This document shows positions 26,501-39,411 of a DNA stretch of 64,000 nt, piece by piece. The stretch's first letter is position 1; each line of letters opens with the position of its first letter. The position numbers and the translations under genes were made by a program. Origin of the DNA: Octopus vulgaris (lineage: Eukaryota); contig OX597815.1 in NCBI GenBank assembly GCA_951406725.2, positions 115,754,001 to 115,818,000 on the forward strand. The letters run 5' to 3'. The notes beneath the pieces were generated by a model that saw only the letters and a program-made list of their open reading frames with translations, had not been told where the DNA came from and ran no database searches.

Positions 26501-29183
26501 AATTAAAAATTTAAAAGGATGGCTAAATTACCAAACTAATAGAAAAAAAGACAATTCATCTGATATGTAACATGTTTTTTTCTTTTTCAGTTAATAGGTA
26601 TCTTCTACCTTCAACTTATTCTATCATTATGATAATAGCTTCCTGTTTACTGAATTTCTCATATCCATCTCTTTGTAAAGCTATAAACTACAATTTTCTT
26701 TCCTTTTTCCCCTGCTTCCCAATATACTTGGACAGAAATTTAACTGTTCAACTTTGCAAGCATTAATAATTTCTAGACAAATTATTCTATTTATATACTT
26801 CTTTATGAGTTTTTAGTAATTTATTTTGTAAGAATAAGATAACTTTATACCACATTTTGACTTTGAGAAAAGATAAGAAAAAAGCCTTATGCTGCTTTCA
26901 GGATAAAACGTGAATGAGTGAGGGCCAAATACGTTTAATACAAAAAAATGCTGGTTAAAGATACTATACAGTTTTGTAGACTATGCTATTAAGAAAAAGC
27001 ATTAAGAAATTGCTTATCTTTGACAAAGTTCTTTTACTAAATTATTTTCAAAATTAATTTTAACAAAAGCAGTGTATTTCAGTAAAAATATGATAGTAAA
27101 AAGATTAAATGTCTTATCTACCTCATATACTGCAATCACTGACTTCACTGCTAGCAAACTATAATTACTAGTTTCAGTATCTCTTTGATCTTTCCTTCCT
27201 CCTTATGCCACCAGGTCAATGAACGATTCCTTCACGACTTCATCACCTTGGAAAAAGGTGATACTTAGGAAGTGAAGAACAAAAAGTTTACCCTCATCTG
27301 CCATGCTAGCAAGATCTTGCACCACACTATTTTGTAGCAAGTGAAACCAATAATGAACTAAGATTCCTAAGGAACAAGCCTGATTTTCCAAGGGGTTGGG
27401 AGGGGGGGTCTGCAAATGGTGAGCATTCATTTGATCCTAAAGACACACGATAAAACATTTGATGACGTACTTGTGTTTAGTTGATTACATGAAGGTATAT
27501 GTGTCCACATAAAGCTGAGAAACACTATGCACATTATGAGTTTCCCAGATATCAGATTAATCTAAATTGCATATGCAAAAACACCATGCTACAGTCCATA
27601 TAGGAAGCAGTAATCATGACTGCTTTGACAGAAGCAAAGGCATTAGTCAAGATGCATCCTGTCAGTGAACTGGTACAATGTAACTAGGGAAATGGTAATG
27701 CAAGTGACCATGGAAGGTTAAATCAAGGATCAGTAGCTTATAACATGATGATAGCACCCTTTTTACAATTAGCTGTAAGGAGTCCAAGAATCTGTTGCTG
27801 TGTACAACATGCCAGTGAAATAAATGGTTTATACCTGAACACCAACAAGACCAAGATAATGGTCATGAGGTCCAATGAATGCCCATTTGTTCTATAACCT
27901 TGCTTTATAACAAATAACAATTCACACTGTTAGCTATTTCATTGCAAAAGTTTAAAAAATACCAGTGCTCTTCATACCTACTGAACTGCATTCTAATTTA
28001 CTGTTTTCCTACACACCAAATATGGTCACATTCCTGATGCAGGATTTTTGTAGCCCCTGCAACAAAGTAATTCCTTAATCTTTGTAATTTCATATTTAAT
28101 TACTACAGTTGCCTTTTCCGTTGGTCCTTTTTGGAGTAGGCTACCTATCCCATTCTTATGTGTTTTACAATCTGTCATAGTGAGATTTACATATATCAAT
28201 ATTATTGATCGTAAGTAAATTCTTACTAGTTATATTTCTCTCTGTTTCACAATTCAATACATTACAACTATTATCCTCTTCACATAAAACACTGGTGATT
28301 TGCCAACTTTACTGTGCCAAAATGAGTTCAAGTTCCCTCTTTCTTTCACTCATTTTAAGTTACTAGCTTAGCTTTAATAGTTTCAGCAGTTATCCTATAT
28401 ATTCTGTTGCTCAGTGCTTAGTCAAGCCACTGTTTCAGTCTGAATACCAGTAAGATTTTGTGATTAAGAACTCTCAATTATCCTCTGCACTATATCAGCT
28501 CTCCAAGTTTCTACACACTTCATTACCTAATATGTTATCTTAATACTTTCATTTCATTTTTCAGCCGAATGAATAATGTAATCATGTACATTTTCAATGC
28601 CTTCAACATGTGGAGTCAACAGAAACAATGAAATGTCTTATGGTACATTCTGAAATTAAATTTTTCGTGATCAATTTTGCCTTTCATCACTCCAGTGTAC
28701 AAATGAATACCAGTAATATATCAGACTTAATTCAAATGACCGTAACCATTCCCAACAACATTTAACTGCCAACCTCCACAAATAAATGGAAAATATTATT
28801 TTGAACCAAGGAAGGAAACCCTACATAGTTATTTTGTAAAATGAGATAATACAGTCCAAGATAAACTAGGCCTGAAAAAGAGATAGGGTTGACTTAGCTG
28901 ATAAATCTTTGATCATAAGTCACTAGGACTGATGAGAGGCTAAATAAAAACAATATATTATGTCTAAATGTCTAGAATTTGCTGTTAAGTTTATTTTTCA
29001 GACTATGAACCTCATCTTTGACAATGAAGCATTGTCTATACTACATTTTGATCTCTGAGGCCACTGATGCACATACAATTATTGTAATCCATCTGACATG
29101 GAACAACTCAAAAGAACTGACTTGAACCACGATGACCTGTCCAACCTATACCAGCATAGTAAAGTATGCATAAAATAACATTT

Positions 29184-30372
29184 CATAGGCTGATTATGAA
29201 GGAGTGATGCTAGAGCTGTAAAATCTTACAAGCATTAATTTCAAACTTATTAATAACTGAATTGTTTCTTTTCAGATAAGCTCACATCTGATTATTTGAA
29301 GATTTCAAAAGTAACCAGTAACAACTTCTCTTCAAAAATTGACAAAATTTGGTACTGTCTGGTCATTAAATACCTGCAGACAGAGGGTTTGGCTCCCAAG
29401 GACATTCATGTTGACATTAGGTTACATTAGGGGACGACACTCCTACTTTATTAAAAGTGCAAAAGTGGGGATCCGAATTTAAAAGGGGCAGGGAGAGTCT
29501 TGAATATGATTCAACATCTTGATGTCCTGCAAGCTGCCACCACCAAGGAAAACATCCATGCTCACAACATGGTGACAGTTGATAGGCGACTGACTATAAA
29601 TCAAATAGCCAATGCTCTTAGCATATCCTGTGAGTCGAGAATATTCTACACAATGAACTTGACATGATGAAGGTTTCTGCACAATGGGTGCCACGTCTTC
29701 TGACACTTGATCAAAAGTGCACCAGGCTGATCACATCACAGGAAAATCTGGCATTGCTTCAGGCAGATCCAGGTGGTTTACAAACCTAGGATGAATGTTA
29801 GCTTCATCACTTTGAGCCAGAGACAAAGAGACAATCCATGCTGTGGAAACACCCTTCTTCACCTGCTCCAAAGAAGGTCAAGGTCCTTTCATCTGCAGGG
29901 AAGATGATGGCCTCAGTTTTTTGAGAAACATGAGGCACTGTGTTTAAAAGGGCCACACCATCAAAAGAAGAGTATTATGCCAACTTATTGAGGCAATTAC
30001 AAAAATCTATAAGACCATATGTCCAGGAAAACTGACAAAAGGAGTCTTGTTTCATCAAGGCAATGCTCCTGTACACAAGTCTTTGCTTTCAATGGGTTCT
30101 GTGCATGACAGTAGCTTTGAACTGGTTGTTCACCCTCCCATTTCTCCTGATTTGGCCATATCTGACTCATCTATTCACCAACATGAAAAATTACTTGGCT
30201 GTAAATCAGTATTGCAGTAATAAAAGTTTCTTCACCAATGAGATCCAAGAACTGCAACACTGATAGAAGAAGCATGTGGACCGCAAGTGGGATTATGTTG
30301 AAAAATAAACCTCATTCGTCACATTCTATGAGAGTATTATGGTCAGCCTATGAACTTTTCAGCTGACCCTTG
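29184..30372 (+). mobile_element. Decayed mariner transposon, family 2 (left TIR truncated)
   Basis: Colinear with 53530-54758. Contains caatgggtgccacgtctt (QWVPRL) and a degenerate SPDLA motif. Right TIR tgaacttttcagctgacccttg. Confidence 0.9.
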
Positions 30373-30424
30373 AATCCAAACTGGTACCTTGAATCCAAAC
30401 TGGTACCTTGAATCCAAACTGGTA
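30368..30424. repeat. Tandem repeat, 19 bp x3, overlapping the mariner end
   Basis: ccttgaatccaaactggta repeated three times perfectly. Confidence 0.95.
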
Positions 30425-30555
30425 CTCTGCAATAGACCTGGATAATGCTTAGCAATCAAACTAATCAAAATGTGGTACTGATGTAAATATTTAAACAAAA
30501 TTTCATCACTAAAGGTTAGTAGTCAAGAAAATTATTTATTGCATCATATATATAT

Positions 30556-30624
<69 letters not shown>

Positions 30625-30680
30625 TCTAGTTTCAGCTCATGAGCTGTGGCCATGCTGGGGCACCCGCATATATATATATA

Positions 30681-32075
30681 ATCATCATTTAACGTCCACT
30701 TTCCATGCTGGCATGGGTTGGACAGTTTGACTGAGGACTGGCAAGCCAGATGGCTGCATCAGGCTCCAATCTGACCTGGCAGAGTTTCTACAGCTGGATG
30801 CCCTTCCTAATGCCAATCACACTGAGAGTATAGTGGGTGCTTTTACGTGCCACTGGCAATGGCCACACTCAAATGGTGTTTTTTACGTGCCACCTGCACA
30901 GGAGCCAGTCTAGCAGCACTGGCAACAACCTCACTCGAATGTTGCTTTTCAAATGCCACCAGCACAAGTGCCAGTAAGGTGACGCTGGTAACAATCACGC
31001 TCAAATGGTGCTTTTTACATGCCACCAGCACGGGAGCTAGTCAGCGGCCCTGGCAACGATCACACTCAAATGGTGCTCTTAGCACTCCACTAGCATGGAT
31101 GCCAGTTATGTGTGCTGTCATTGAATTTGATTTCGACTTCACTTGCTTCAACAAGTCTTCGCAAGCAGAATTTAGTGCCCAATGAAGGAAAAGTACGCAT
31201 AAGTGGGTTTGTTACACCATTGGCATAGGCCACGGGTTATGGTCTCACTTGACTTGCTGGGTTTTCTTAAGCACAGCATATTTCCAATGGTTTCAGTCAC
31301 TAATCATTGCCTTAGTGAGGCCTAATGTTCAAAGGTCGTGCTTTACAACCTCATCCCAGGTCTTCCTGGGTCTACCTCTTCCACAGGTTCCCTCAACCAC
31401 TACAGTGTGACACTTTTTCACACAGCTACCCTCATCCATTCTCACCACATGACCATACCAGCACAGTCGTCTCTCTTGCACACCACATCTGATGCTTCTT
31501 AGGTCCAACTTTTCTCTCAAGGCACTTACACTCTGTCAAATATGCACAGTGACATTACACATCCAGTGGAGCATACTGGCTTCGCTCCTTGCAAGCTTAC
31601 ACATGGCCTTTGTAGTCACGGCCCATGTTTCACTGCCATGTAGCATGGCTGTTCATACACATGCATCATACAGTCTACCTTTTACTCTGAGCGAGAGGCC
31701 TTTGTCACCAGCAGAGGTAGGAGCTCTCTGAACTTTGCCCAGGCTATTCTTATTCTAGCAGCTACACTTTCAGAGCACCCACCCCCGCTACTGACTTGGT
31801 CACCGAGGTAACGGAAGCTATCAACTACTTCTAGTTTTTCCCCCTGGAATGTGGTGGAAGTTGTTCTCTGCACATTTTCAGTGTTTATTGCTCCTGAGTA
31901 TCAGCCACATACAAAAACTATCTTCCCAGTTGGCCTTCCTTTGATACTGTTGCACCTCTTAAGTGTCCATAGCTTACACTGGGTACATCTTATAGAATTT
32001 CTGCCTTTTCTACAGAGCGAGCAGGGCCATCTACCTGATGGGATTTGTGGTTTGTCTGCCTTCCTACTTATTAGA
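30681..32075 (-). mobile_element. 5'-truncated RTE LINE with complete 3' UTR
   Basis: Peptides GEKLEVVDSFRYLGD, RIRIAWAKFRELLPLL, RRLCWYGHVVRM and GRGRPRKTW, followed by a UTR with internal tandem units and an (ATG)n tail. Confidence 0.93.
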
Positions 32076-34569
32076 TAATATATATATCCATTATAAATTT
32101 AAATCTTATAAGACAAGAAAAAAATTGTAACTAAGTACTTACATGAATGCTAGTATCAGTCCACTTTAAGAAAATCAGCTATATTAATTAAATTTAAATA
32201 ACTGTATTATGAATTAATTAACTGATGTTCAATATAAAGTGATAGTCGACATAGGTACCAACTTGAGTCGAAAAAGAAACAGGCCTGCTGAAAATTATAT
32301 TTTTCAGCATTAAATATTTACATCAGTACCACAGAATCTTTTGAGAACATTTATGAAAATAAGACATTTCTTCTAGCATAAAGAATCTCAAACAATTGTT
32401 ATAATACAGAAGTCAGATTCAAATGAAAAAACATAAAAATAAAATAAAAAAGCCACTTCAATGACTACCCAACTATCATGCTGTAAATACTTAACTATTT
32501 GAAATATAGTAAAAAGGAATGGAAACTAGAGATCAAACAAAATTAAGTTCTTAAAAGAGGTTATTAGGTAAAACAGCTCACTAAATATGTAGTATTATAA
32601 ATTATATTTATTAAAAAAGATCTCTAATGTTAATCTGAAAATAGCATAATTAATTTAGTCAATTTCACAAAGTTTATAACTTTAACACACACCTAAAATG
32701 TGATGGTAAAGAATAGTCTAAAAGACAACACAACTGAGTAAATAGCTATTTACAAAACCACAAACACAAATAGCTTAACAGAAGCTGTCTAAGGATCTAA
32801 TTCCTGGGTTTTTCACATAAACACCACTCGATCTATCTTAGTTTACCTACATTTCCATGCAGATTGCTGACAAGCCATGACCTTACCCCCAGCACAATGG
32901 TGATTTATAAGATGCATCAAAAGTCTCATTTCTGGAAGAAAAGGTACACTCACATGGTTTAAAAATGGGCAACAAACAAGAGTATCAGTTATATTCTAAT
33001 CACATATATTGTTCTGATGCAGTCATCTTAACATTAAAACTCAGAAAATAGAACAATCTTCATGCAGCCTTTTCAGATGTTTAGAGAAACTATTGGTAAC
33101 CTAAAACTTAAGCGTTTAGATTAATCAACTCAATAATAAACTGCTACAGTGATTGAATAATAGCTCAAAGGTTAAAATCCAATAAAAAAGTTTCAGAAAA
33201 AGAAAAATATAAATTAGTATGTCATGTTTTCAACCACTTCTACATTTCTTTTTTAACAACATAAAAATGTCAGCAAAATATATACTTTGACCTTTGGTTT
33301 CTGAAAAAATATTTTATAAATTACAAAATAATTATGGTCAAATTCTAGTAACACAATGGGACAAATGAATGTAATTGAAACTTTTCTTCAATAAAGAAGA
33401 TAGGAACAAATAAAATGGTTGTCTATGGAGCTGTCACAAGCAAATCCAAAGTGATGAACCAGATCCTGCAGATAAACTTGTCCTAACTTTAAAATCCACG
33501 AAAAGTCAAATGATAACAGCAGACTTTGGGCATCACATAATCAACAGATTGAACAGTAACAATAATAAATAACCTACAACCCAACAAGAAAGCATTTATG
33601 TTACTTGAGCTGTGGAGAATAAAGTCAAATTGCCTTCAAATCATACGCGACCATCTTAAAAAAAAAAGGCGGGGAAAGACATATTTGATAATGTCTCCTA
33701 AATACACAATGTCAAAAAAAAAAAACCTGGCTATGGCTGTAACATCATCGGCTGTAGATCTACTCAATTAGGGCTGATCTGGAGCTAAATAACAACTAAT
33801 GGTAACTGAAAAAACAGCTTGAAGATAACTGAAGGTGTGATGTCCACTGACTTAAGATATAACTTTACATGCCTCAATTAACTCAGCTAAAGACAAGAAT
33901 CACTTTCAAAGTTGAAGGGATTAGTATCTAAAAAAAAAAATAGCCACAACAATGCGTGCAAATGTCTATGCTTTTAGGACCAGCCAACATATTGCAAATA
34001 CAGGAAAAAAGATATATCTGAACACCAAACAGACATTGGTCTTTTTCTTTCGAAGTTAGATGCTTTATATTTAATTGTTTAGAGGAGAAAAGCAAAAAAG
34101 AATTATGAATATAAAGCTAAAAATTTATACAATGAAACCACATTTTTTTCACTATCATACGTGAAGCTTCATTAACTAACAATCACAACCCACCAAAAAA
34201 AAGTAAATATTGAGGAAAGACAAAGTTGATTAAATTAACCCAGATACTTGACTTTGAAAAAAAATTTTTTTATTTTTATCACAGACTACTGAAGGATAAA
34301 AGGCAAAGTTGGCCTTTGCAAGATCTGAACTTAGAAATGAAATAGTGAAGATGATAAACCAAGTTTTGTTTTGAAATTAAACTAGAATTTGATTTATCTA
34401 ATATTGTAAAGATGGTAATATATAGAAAGCAAAGAAGTATTATAAGACAGTGGTTTGAAACATCCAGTGAGTTTCAACTGAAATAAATAACAACACTGAT
34501 GCAAAGAAACTGTTGGAATAGTCAGCATAAGAGTAACTACCATCACTGTATAGCTTTAAACATTCTAAC

Positions 34570-34657
34570 CTTTGCAGGAGCTTTTCAGCCTCGGCTTGAT
34601 CCACATGTAATCCCAAATTTTTGAAGGATGTGATGATTTCTGACACATCAATGGCTC
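34570..34657 (-). CDS. SLC25A25: SCaMC coding exon 3 (rest of EF-hand 3)
   Basis: 88 nt. Acceptor tttttaag, donor AG|GTTAGA. Continues phase 1 from exon 2: (G)AIDVSEIITSFKNLGLHVDQAEAEKLLQ(R). Confidence 0.95.
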
Positions 34658-37019
34658 CTTAAAAATGGAAAATGAAGTAGGGAAATAAAGATGTATTAAA
34701 TAATTTTTTTCAAAAGAGAGAGAAAACAAAATAGTATATATACAAATACAATATCAGCAATGTAGAGTATTGAAACTTCATTTGTCATACCTGCCATAAA
34801 AAAAAAAGCTTTTTGTAAGTGGAAAATTAATTATCAGAAAATTTCATATGGAAATACAAAGGAATCGATATTTTCAAATCTGAAGTGAAAAAATATAAAG
34901 TTTTGAAGAGTAAAGCTCTAATTAAAATAAATTACATTCATGCTGAAAGATACATAAAATATAAACAAAAATGTGTTCCAAAATTTTTCTATTAATTCTT
35001 ATATGGCAAACTGGTACTATTTTATGATTGTTTTGTTAAAATCCAGACATATCTTTACACCTTCTTCATAGAAATATTAACTAATAGAAGTATTAGTTAA
35101 TACTTCATAGAAGTATTAACTAATGTTTGTTTCTGTTACTATGAGGACTGTGTTGTCTGCATAATGAATATTGTTGTTGGTGGTGTTTTGTCCTGTCTAT
35201 ATACTTGGATTCAGCAGTTCGCATAATTATTCCTGTGCGAAAACATCGAAGAGCTTCAAGACTGCAGAGTAAATTCAATGGCCATTGTATGAGAACTGAA
35301 CACTTTGTAACAGCCAAGAAACCACTGTAGACAAGATTCTTGAGCCTAACCACCGGGTGTACGTATCCTTTACCTTCGCCGTGTAATAGACAGAACGGGT
35401 TGGAAATCCATGGTTACTGATGTCTGTAAGCATAACACATGAAGTTAAATGAAGAGTCTCTACGTGCTCATTTGACCTAGTAGTTATACATACCCACATA
35501 CCCTTCGATAGAGAGAGACTAAGTTAAATTATATATTTTAAGATATCCTTAAAAAAGATGATTACGACTGGAATACTTTTGATCATGACCCGAAACTAAA
35601 CAACTTAAACAAAAAAAAAAGATACAAATTCTAAGAAAAAATTACCTTCAAGTGATAATCAAACAAAATATACATATTCCATTAAAATACTTTCAATTAT
35701 TAACTTCGTACAATAATAAAAGTAACAATTTCTTAATTAGCTTTTAAATATATAGAGTGAAGTTGTGACGTCTATGCAATTTTTATAGGACATTATCAAT
35801 CATCAAAGAGTATTTTCATCAAATAAAAAGCAAGAAAACAATACAGTAAAACCACTTTGTACTCATGAAACGTTGTCGAAACGGTTGCTCAACGGACGCT
35901 CATGACTGCCAGTAATTCCCGCCATTCAAAGTAAGGGAAATAAATGCAATTATCTCCCCTACATAAGTATAGTTTGGTGTTCGGAAAAACACCCCTCAAC
36001 ATTTTCATTTTTGATATATTAAACTAATTACTTTCTAATATTTAAGGAAGGTTGTTTCACTGTAGTTGCATACAATTCACAAACTAAAACTTATTTAATT
36101 CCATATATCGTGTATTCTAGGTCAGGAAAATACCACAAAAAATGATGGTAACAATAAACATCTCACCCACAAACAAATCAACTGATAATTCTTTTACCTC
36201 TAAAATCGACCCTTTCATTGAATATAAAACTCTATTCAGTGACAATAGGATTTATTTTTCCGATACAAACAGATTGAGCACATCTGTGCAGCATAATTTC
36301 ACTATATATCCAGTTCTTGTGCATACCAACTAGGTACTTTCAAAAAGTCATTTTTGGTCTTCTGTAGTTACATCTACATTCCAATTACTTTCAGCAACTT
36401 TGACTTGATAGACAGGGATTTATATATATATTTTCTCTTAGATAAAGCTAGAAAGCAAACAATACAGCTTATCAGCAATGTTAAACTTTATTATGACATC
36501 AACTACACAATATCGTTGTTGGATAAACAAGCTCAAATTTGCTGAAGCAGGATATACAAATAATTGGACACTTATTTTTGAGATGGTATCGCCCATTATC
36601 CAGAGTCAGAACTCAATAATAAAATAATAAAAAAACTTAAAAATAATAAGCAGTTTGTTGAGAGGTAAAGCTGGTCAGTAAAGTGATGCTGGTTTGTCAC
36701 AAATATATTACTATATCGGTCAGAAAATATGTAATTATAACACAGATTTTTATTTAAAATGTGGAGGAAAAAAAAAAAAAGTAATGAAGTATTGAAGGTG
36801 AAGTATAAAGAAAGATAAGAAATATACTCTATCACTTAAGAAAACTAAAACACATTCAATATTGCTGTTGAATGCAAAATTACATGTTACAGAGTTTTCT
36901 TTTTCCTAGATAGATATTGAAACAAAGATTAGGGGTCTCTCACTCCCAGCTGTTAGATGGTTGTTAACTCTACTAAGTTCATATGCTCTTTGATAGGTTT
37001 TGTTTTTCATCCTGTAGGG

Positions 37020-37288
37020 CAGTGCTACTCAAAGTGGTGGTCCACAGACTGGCACTGGTCAGTGGCGAGTTTCCAGAAAAGAAAGAAACATTATAAAATG
37101 CTTATCTAATATTGTATTATTTGTTTACAAAATAAACATAAGATAAAAAAAAATTGCCAACTTTTATTATATTCATTATATATATTGTTTCTGGTATAAA
37201 TTAATATTACTAAGAAATATTACCAGTACCTGGCACATTGGAAAAAAAAACTGCCAGTACACCACATCAGATAGTTTGAGAAGCATTG
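37020..37288. mobile_element. hAT (Charlie/Buster-like) MITE
   Basis: TIRs cagtgctactcaaa / tttgagaagcattg with a perfect 8-bp TSD, ctgtaggg (37012-19 and 37289-96). Confidence 0.9.
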
Positions 37289-38512
37289 CTGTAGGGTATC
37301 CAACGAAAACCACCCTCTTTGCCTTCTTGGCAGGGTTAGTTCTCAACAGCCTGATTATGTAACAGGTAGTACTTGGTTACATATTACTATTATTGGCACT
37401 AAGAGTGACCTGACATGGTATACATACACATACATACACAAAAGATTTCTAGTTTTTATCAGCCAAGTTTCACTCATAAGACTATAGTAAAAGACACTAG
37501 CTTAATGCACGAAGCAGTGGGATTGAACCTGGAACATGAATGCATCAATTCCATCTACCATTCTCTAAGTACTACATTTTGCTAACAGAAGGTAATAAAA
37601 TAGGTATCTTAACTTCAATGAAATTAATTCCGCTCGTAATTTTCATCAGTGTTTATTTGATAATGTCAATATACCTTCCTAATGTTAAATGACATAAAGA
37701 GCCAACTTTTTGTTAGCTATCTATTATTTTGTTGTCTAAAAGCAACATGGTGTGATGCTAAGCACACTGAGATACCTGAAACTACTATAGTTTCAAATCT
37801 AAATCTGAGATATGCATAAACATTCAAATCTTTTGTACCTCTGGCTTATAAACCCAAGGCTTATGTCTATGTATGGAAAACAAAATATCTGATAATTTTG
37901 CTTAAAATGACAGTTTGTAGTTGAGGGTTTGGAAAATATTCCACAAAATTATTATAATAACATGGCTTAATGTGATGAGGTAACAGTTTGGGACATAACA
38001 GAAGTACAATATATCACAATAAATTAATGTTTTACAACAATTTTCATTTACAATTTGGTACTAAATTATATATATATATATTAAGATTAAGGAATGATTT
38101 GAGGTCTAGATCAATAAAATGTTCCAAACATTAAGTACAAGTAAATATTCACTAATGATTTGATCTGACCATATTCAATTTTTAGAAATAATTTCTTCAG
38201 AGATAAGCCAATAAGAGAGGCTATGCAGCCTCTTCACCTACTAAAACAGCAGTTAGATCTATCCCCCTTGAATCACAACCTGTCATCTTAAAAAAAAAAA
38301 ATGACACATTAAATCATATGTTGCTCCATAAAAAGTTAGGACGGTCTTGGTGGAATACCTTTGATCATAAGCCTGTTTGATTAGGATTAACTTAGGGCTA
38401 AAGAAGAACTGCTACAGAAATGGCTGTTTCCCATTGCAGAGCTCCTGAAGAAGAGGTATTTAAACAAAAGTCAAGAAATGGTGTAGAACAAAAAGAATAA
38501 CTAAGCACTTAC

Positions 38513-38639
38513 CATCTTGATTTGTATCGATGTTACGGAAAAACAGCCGCAGTTTCTTCTCATGTTCAGCAACATATTGGACAAACTCAGCAAAGTTAAC
38601 TTGACCATCTTTTGACACATCTGTCTTTTCAAAGAATCT
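38513..38639 (-). CDS. SLC25A25: SCaMC coding exon 2 (EF-hand 2, start of EF-hand 3)
   Basis: 127 nt. Acceptor cttttcatcag, donor G|GTAAGT. Encodes RFFEKTDVSKDGQVNFAEFVQYVAEHEKKLRLFFRNIDTNQD-G; the HEKKLRL motif is typical of SCaMC. Confidence 0.95.
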
Positions 38640-39198
38640 CTGATGAAAAGAAAGCATTGAAGATTGATAAATAAAAAAATTACATTTTTCATTCCATACC
38701 ATCAGTATTTTAAGAGATAAATGGATATAATTAAAAACAAAATTTTCATACATTAAATCAAAATGTTAGAATTTATAAACTTTAAGAGCATGTGAAATAA
38801 TTTTGTTCTGGAAAGGATGTTGAAACAAAGCCATAAATAATAGCTGTGAATATTAGGTTGAAGACCCTTTAGATTGAAGTCAACTTTGCCTTTCATCCAT
38901 TTAAGGTTGATAAATAAAGTATTAGTTTGGTAATGGAATCAAGTCTGCTGCACTCTTTTCCTCTCTCTCTCTCTCTCATATTACAGAGGAGTCCAACCCA
39001 TGCTAGCATGAAATGTGGATGTTAAATGATGATGATATATGCACAGGAATGGATATGTGGTTGAGAAATTTGCTTCCCAACCACATGGTTTCGGATTCAG
39101 TCTCATTGCGTGGCACCTTGGGTCAAATAAAACTTTGTGAATGGATTAGGTAGGCAGAAACTGTCATATATGTCGTAAATGGCAGAAACTGTCATATA

Positions 39199-39411
39199 CA
39201 AGGCAGCGAGCTGTCAGAAACATTAGCAGTACTTCGTCAGTCTTTACGTTCCGAGTTCAAATTCCGCCGAGGTCAACTTTGCCTTTCAACCTTTCGGGGT
39301 CGATAAATTAAGTACCAGTTGCGCACTGGGGTCGATGTAATCGACTTAATCCCTTTGTCTGTCCTTGTTTGTCCCCTCTATGTTTAGCCCCTTGTGGGCA
39401 ATAAAGAAATA
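39199..39411 (+). mobile_element. Young tRNA-derived SINE (Meta/MESC-like core) inserted into an older SINE
   Basis: Intact B-box gagttcaaattcc, CpG-rich core and A-rich tail. 15-bp TSD agaaactgtcatata (39184-98 and 39412-26). The host SINE spans ~39044-39540. Confidence 0.88.

Noticed and set aside
27203-27430. 75-aa ATG ORF as a possible nested gene
   Set aside because: No recognisable motif or convincing splice structure; the length is within chance expectation.
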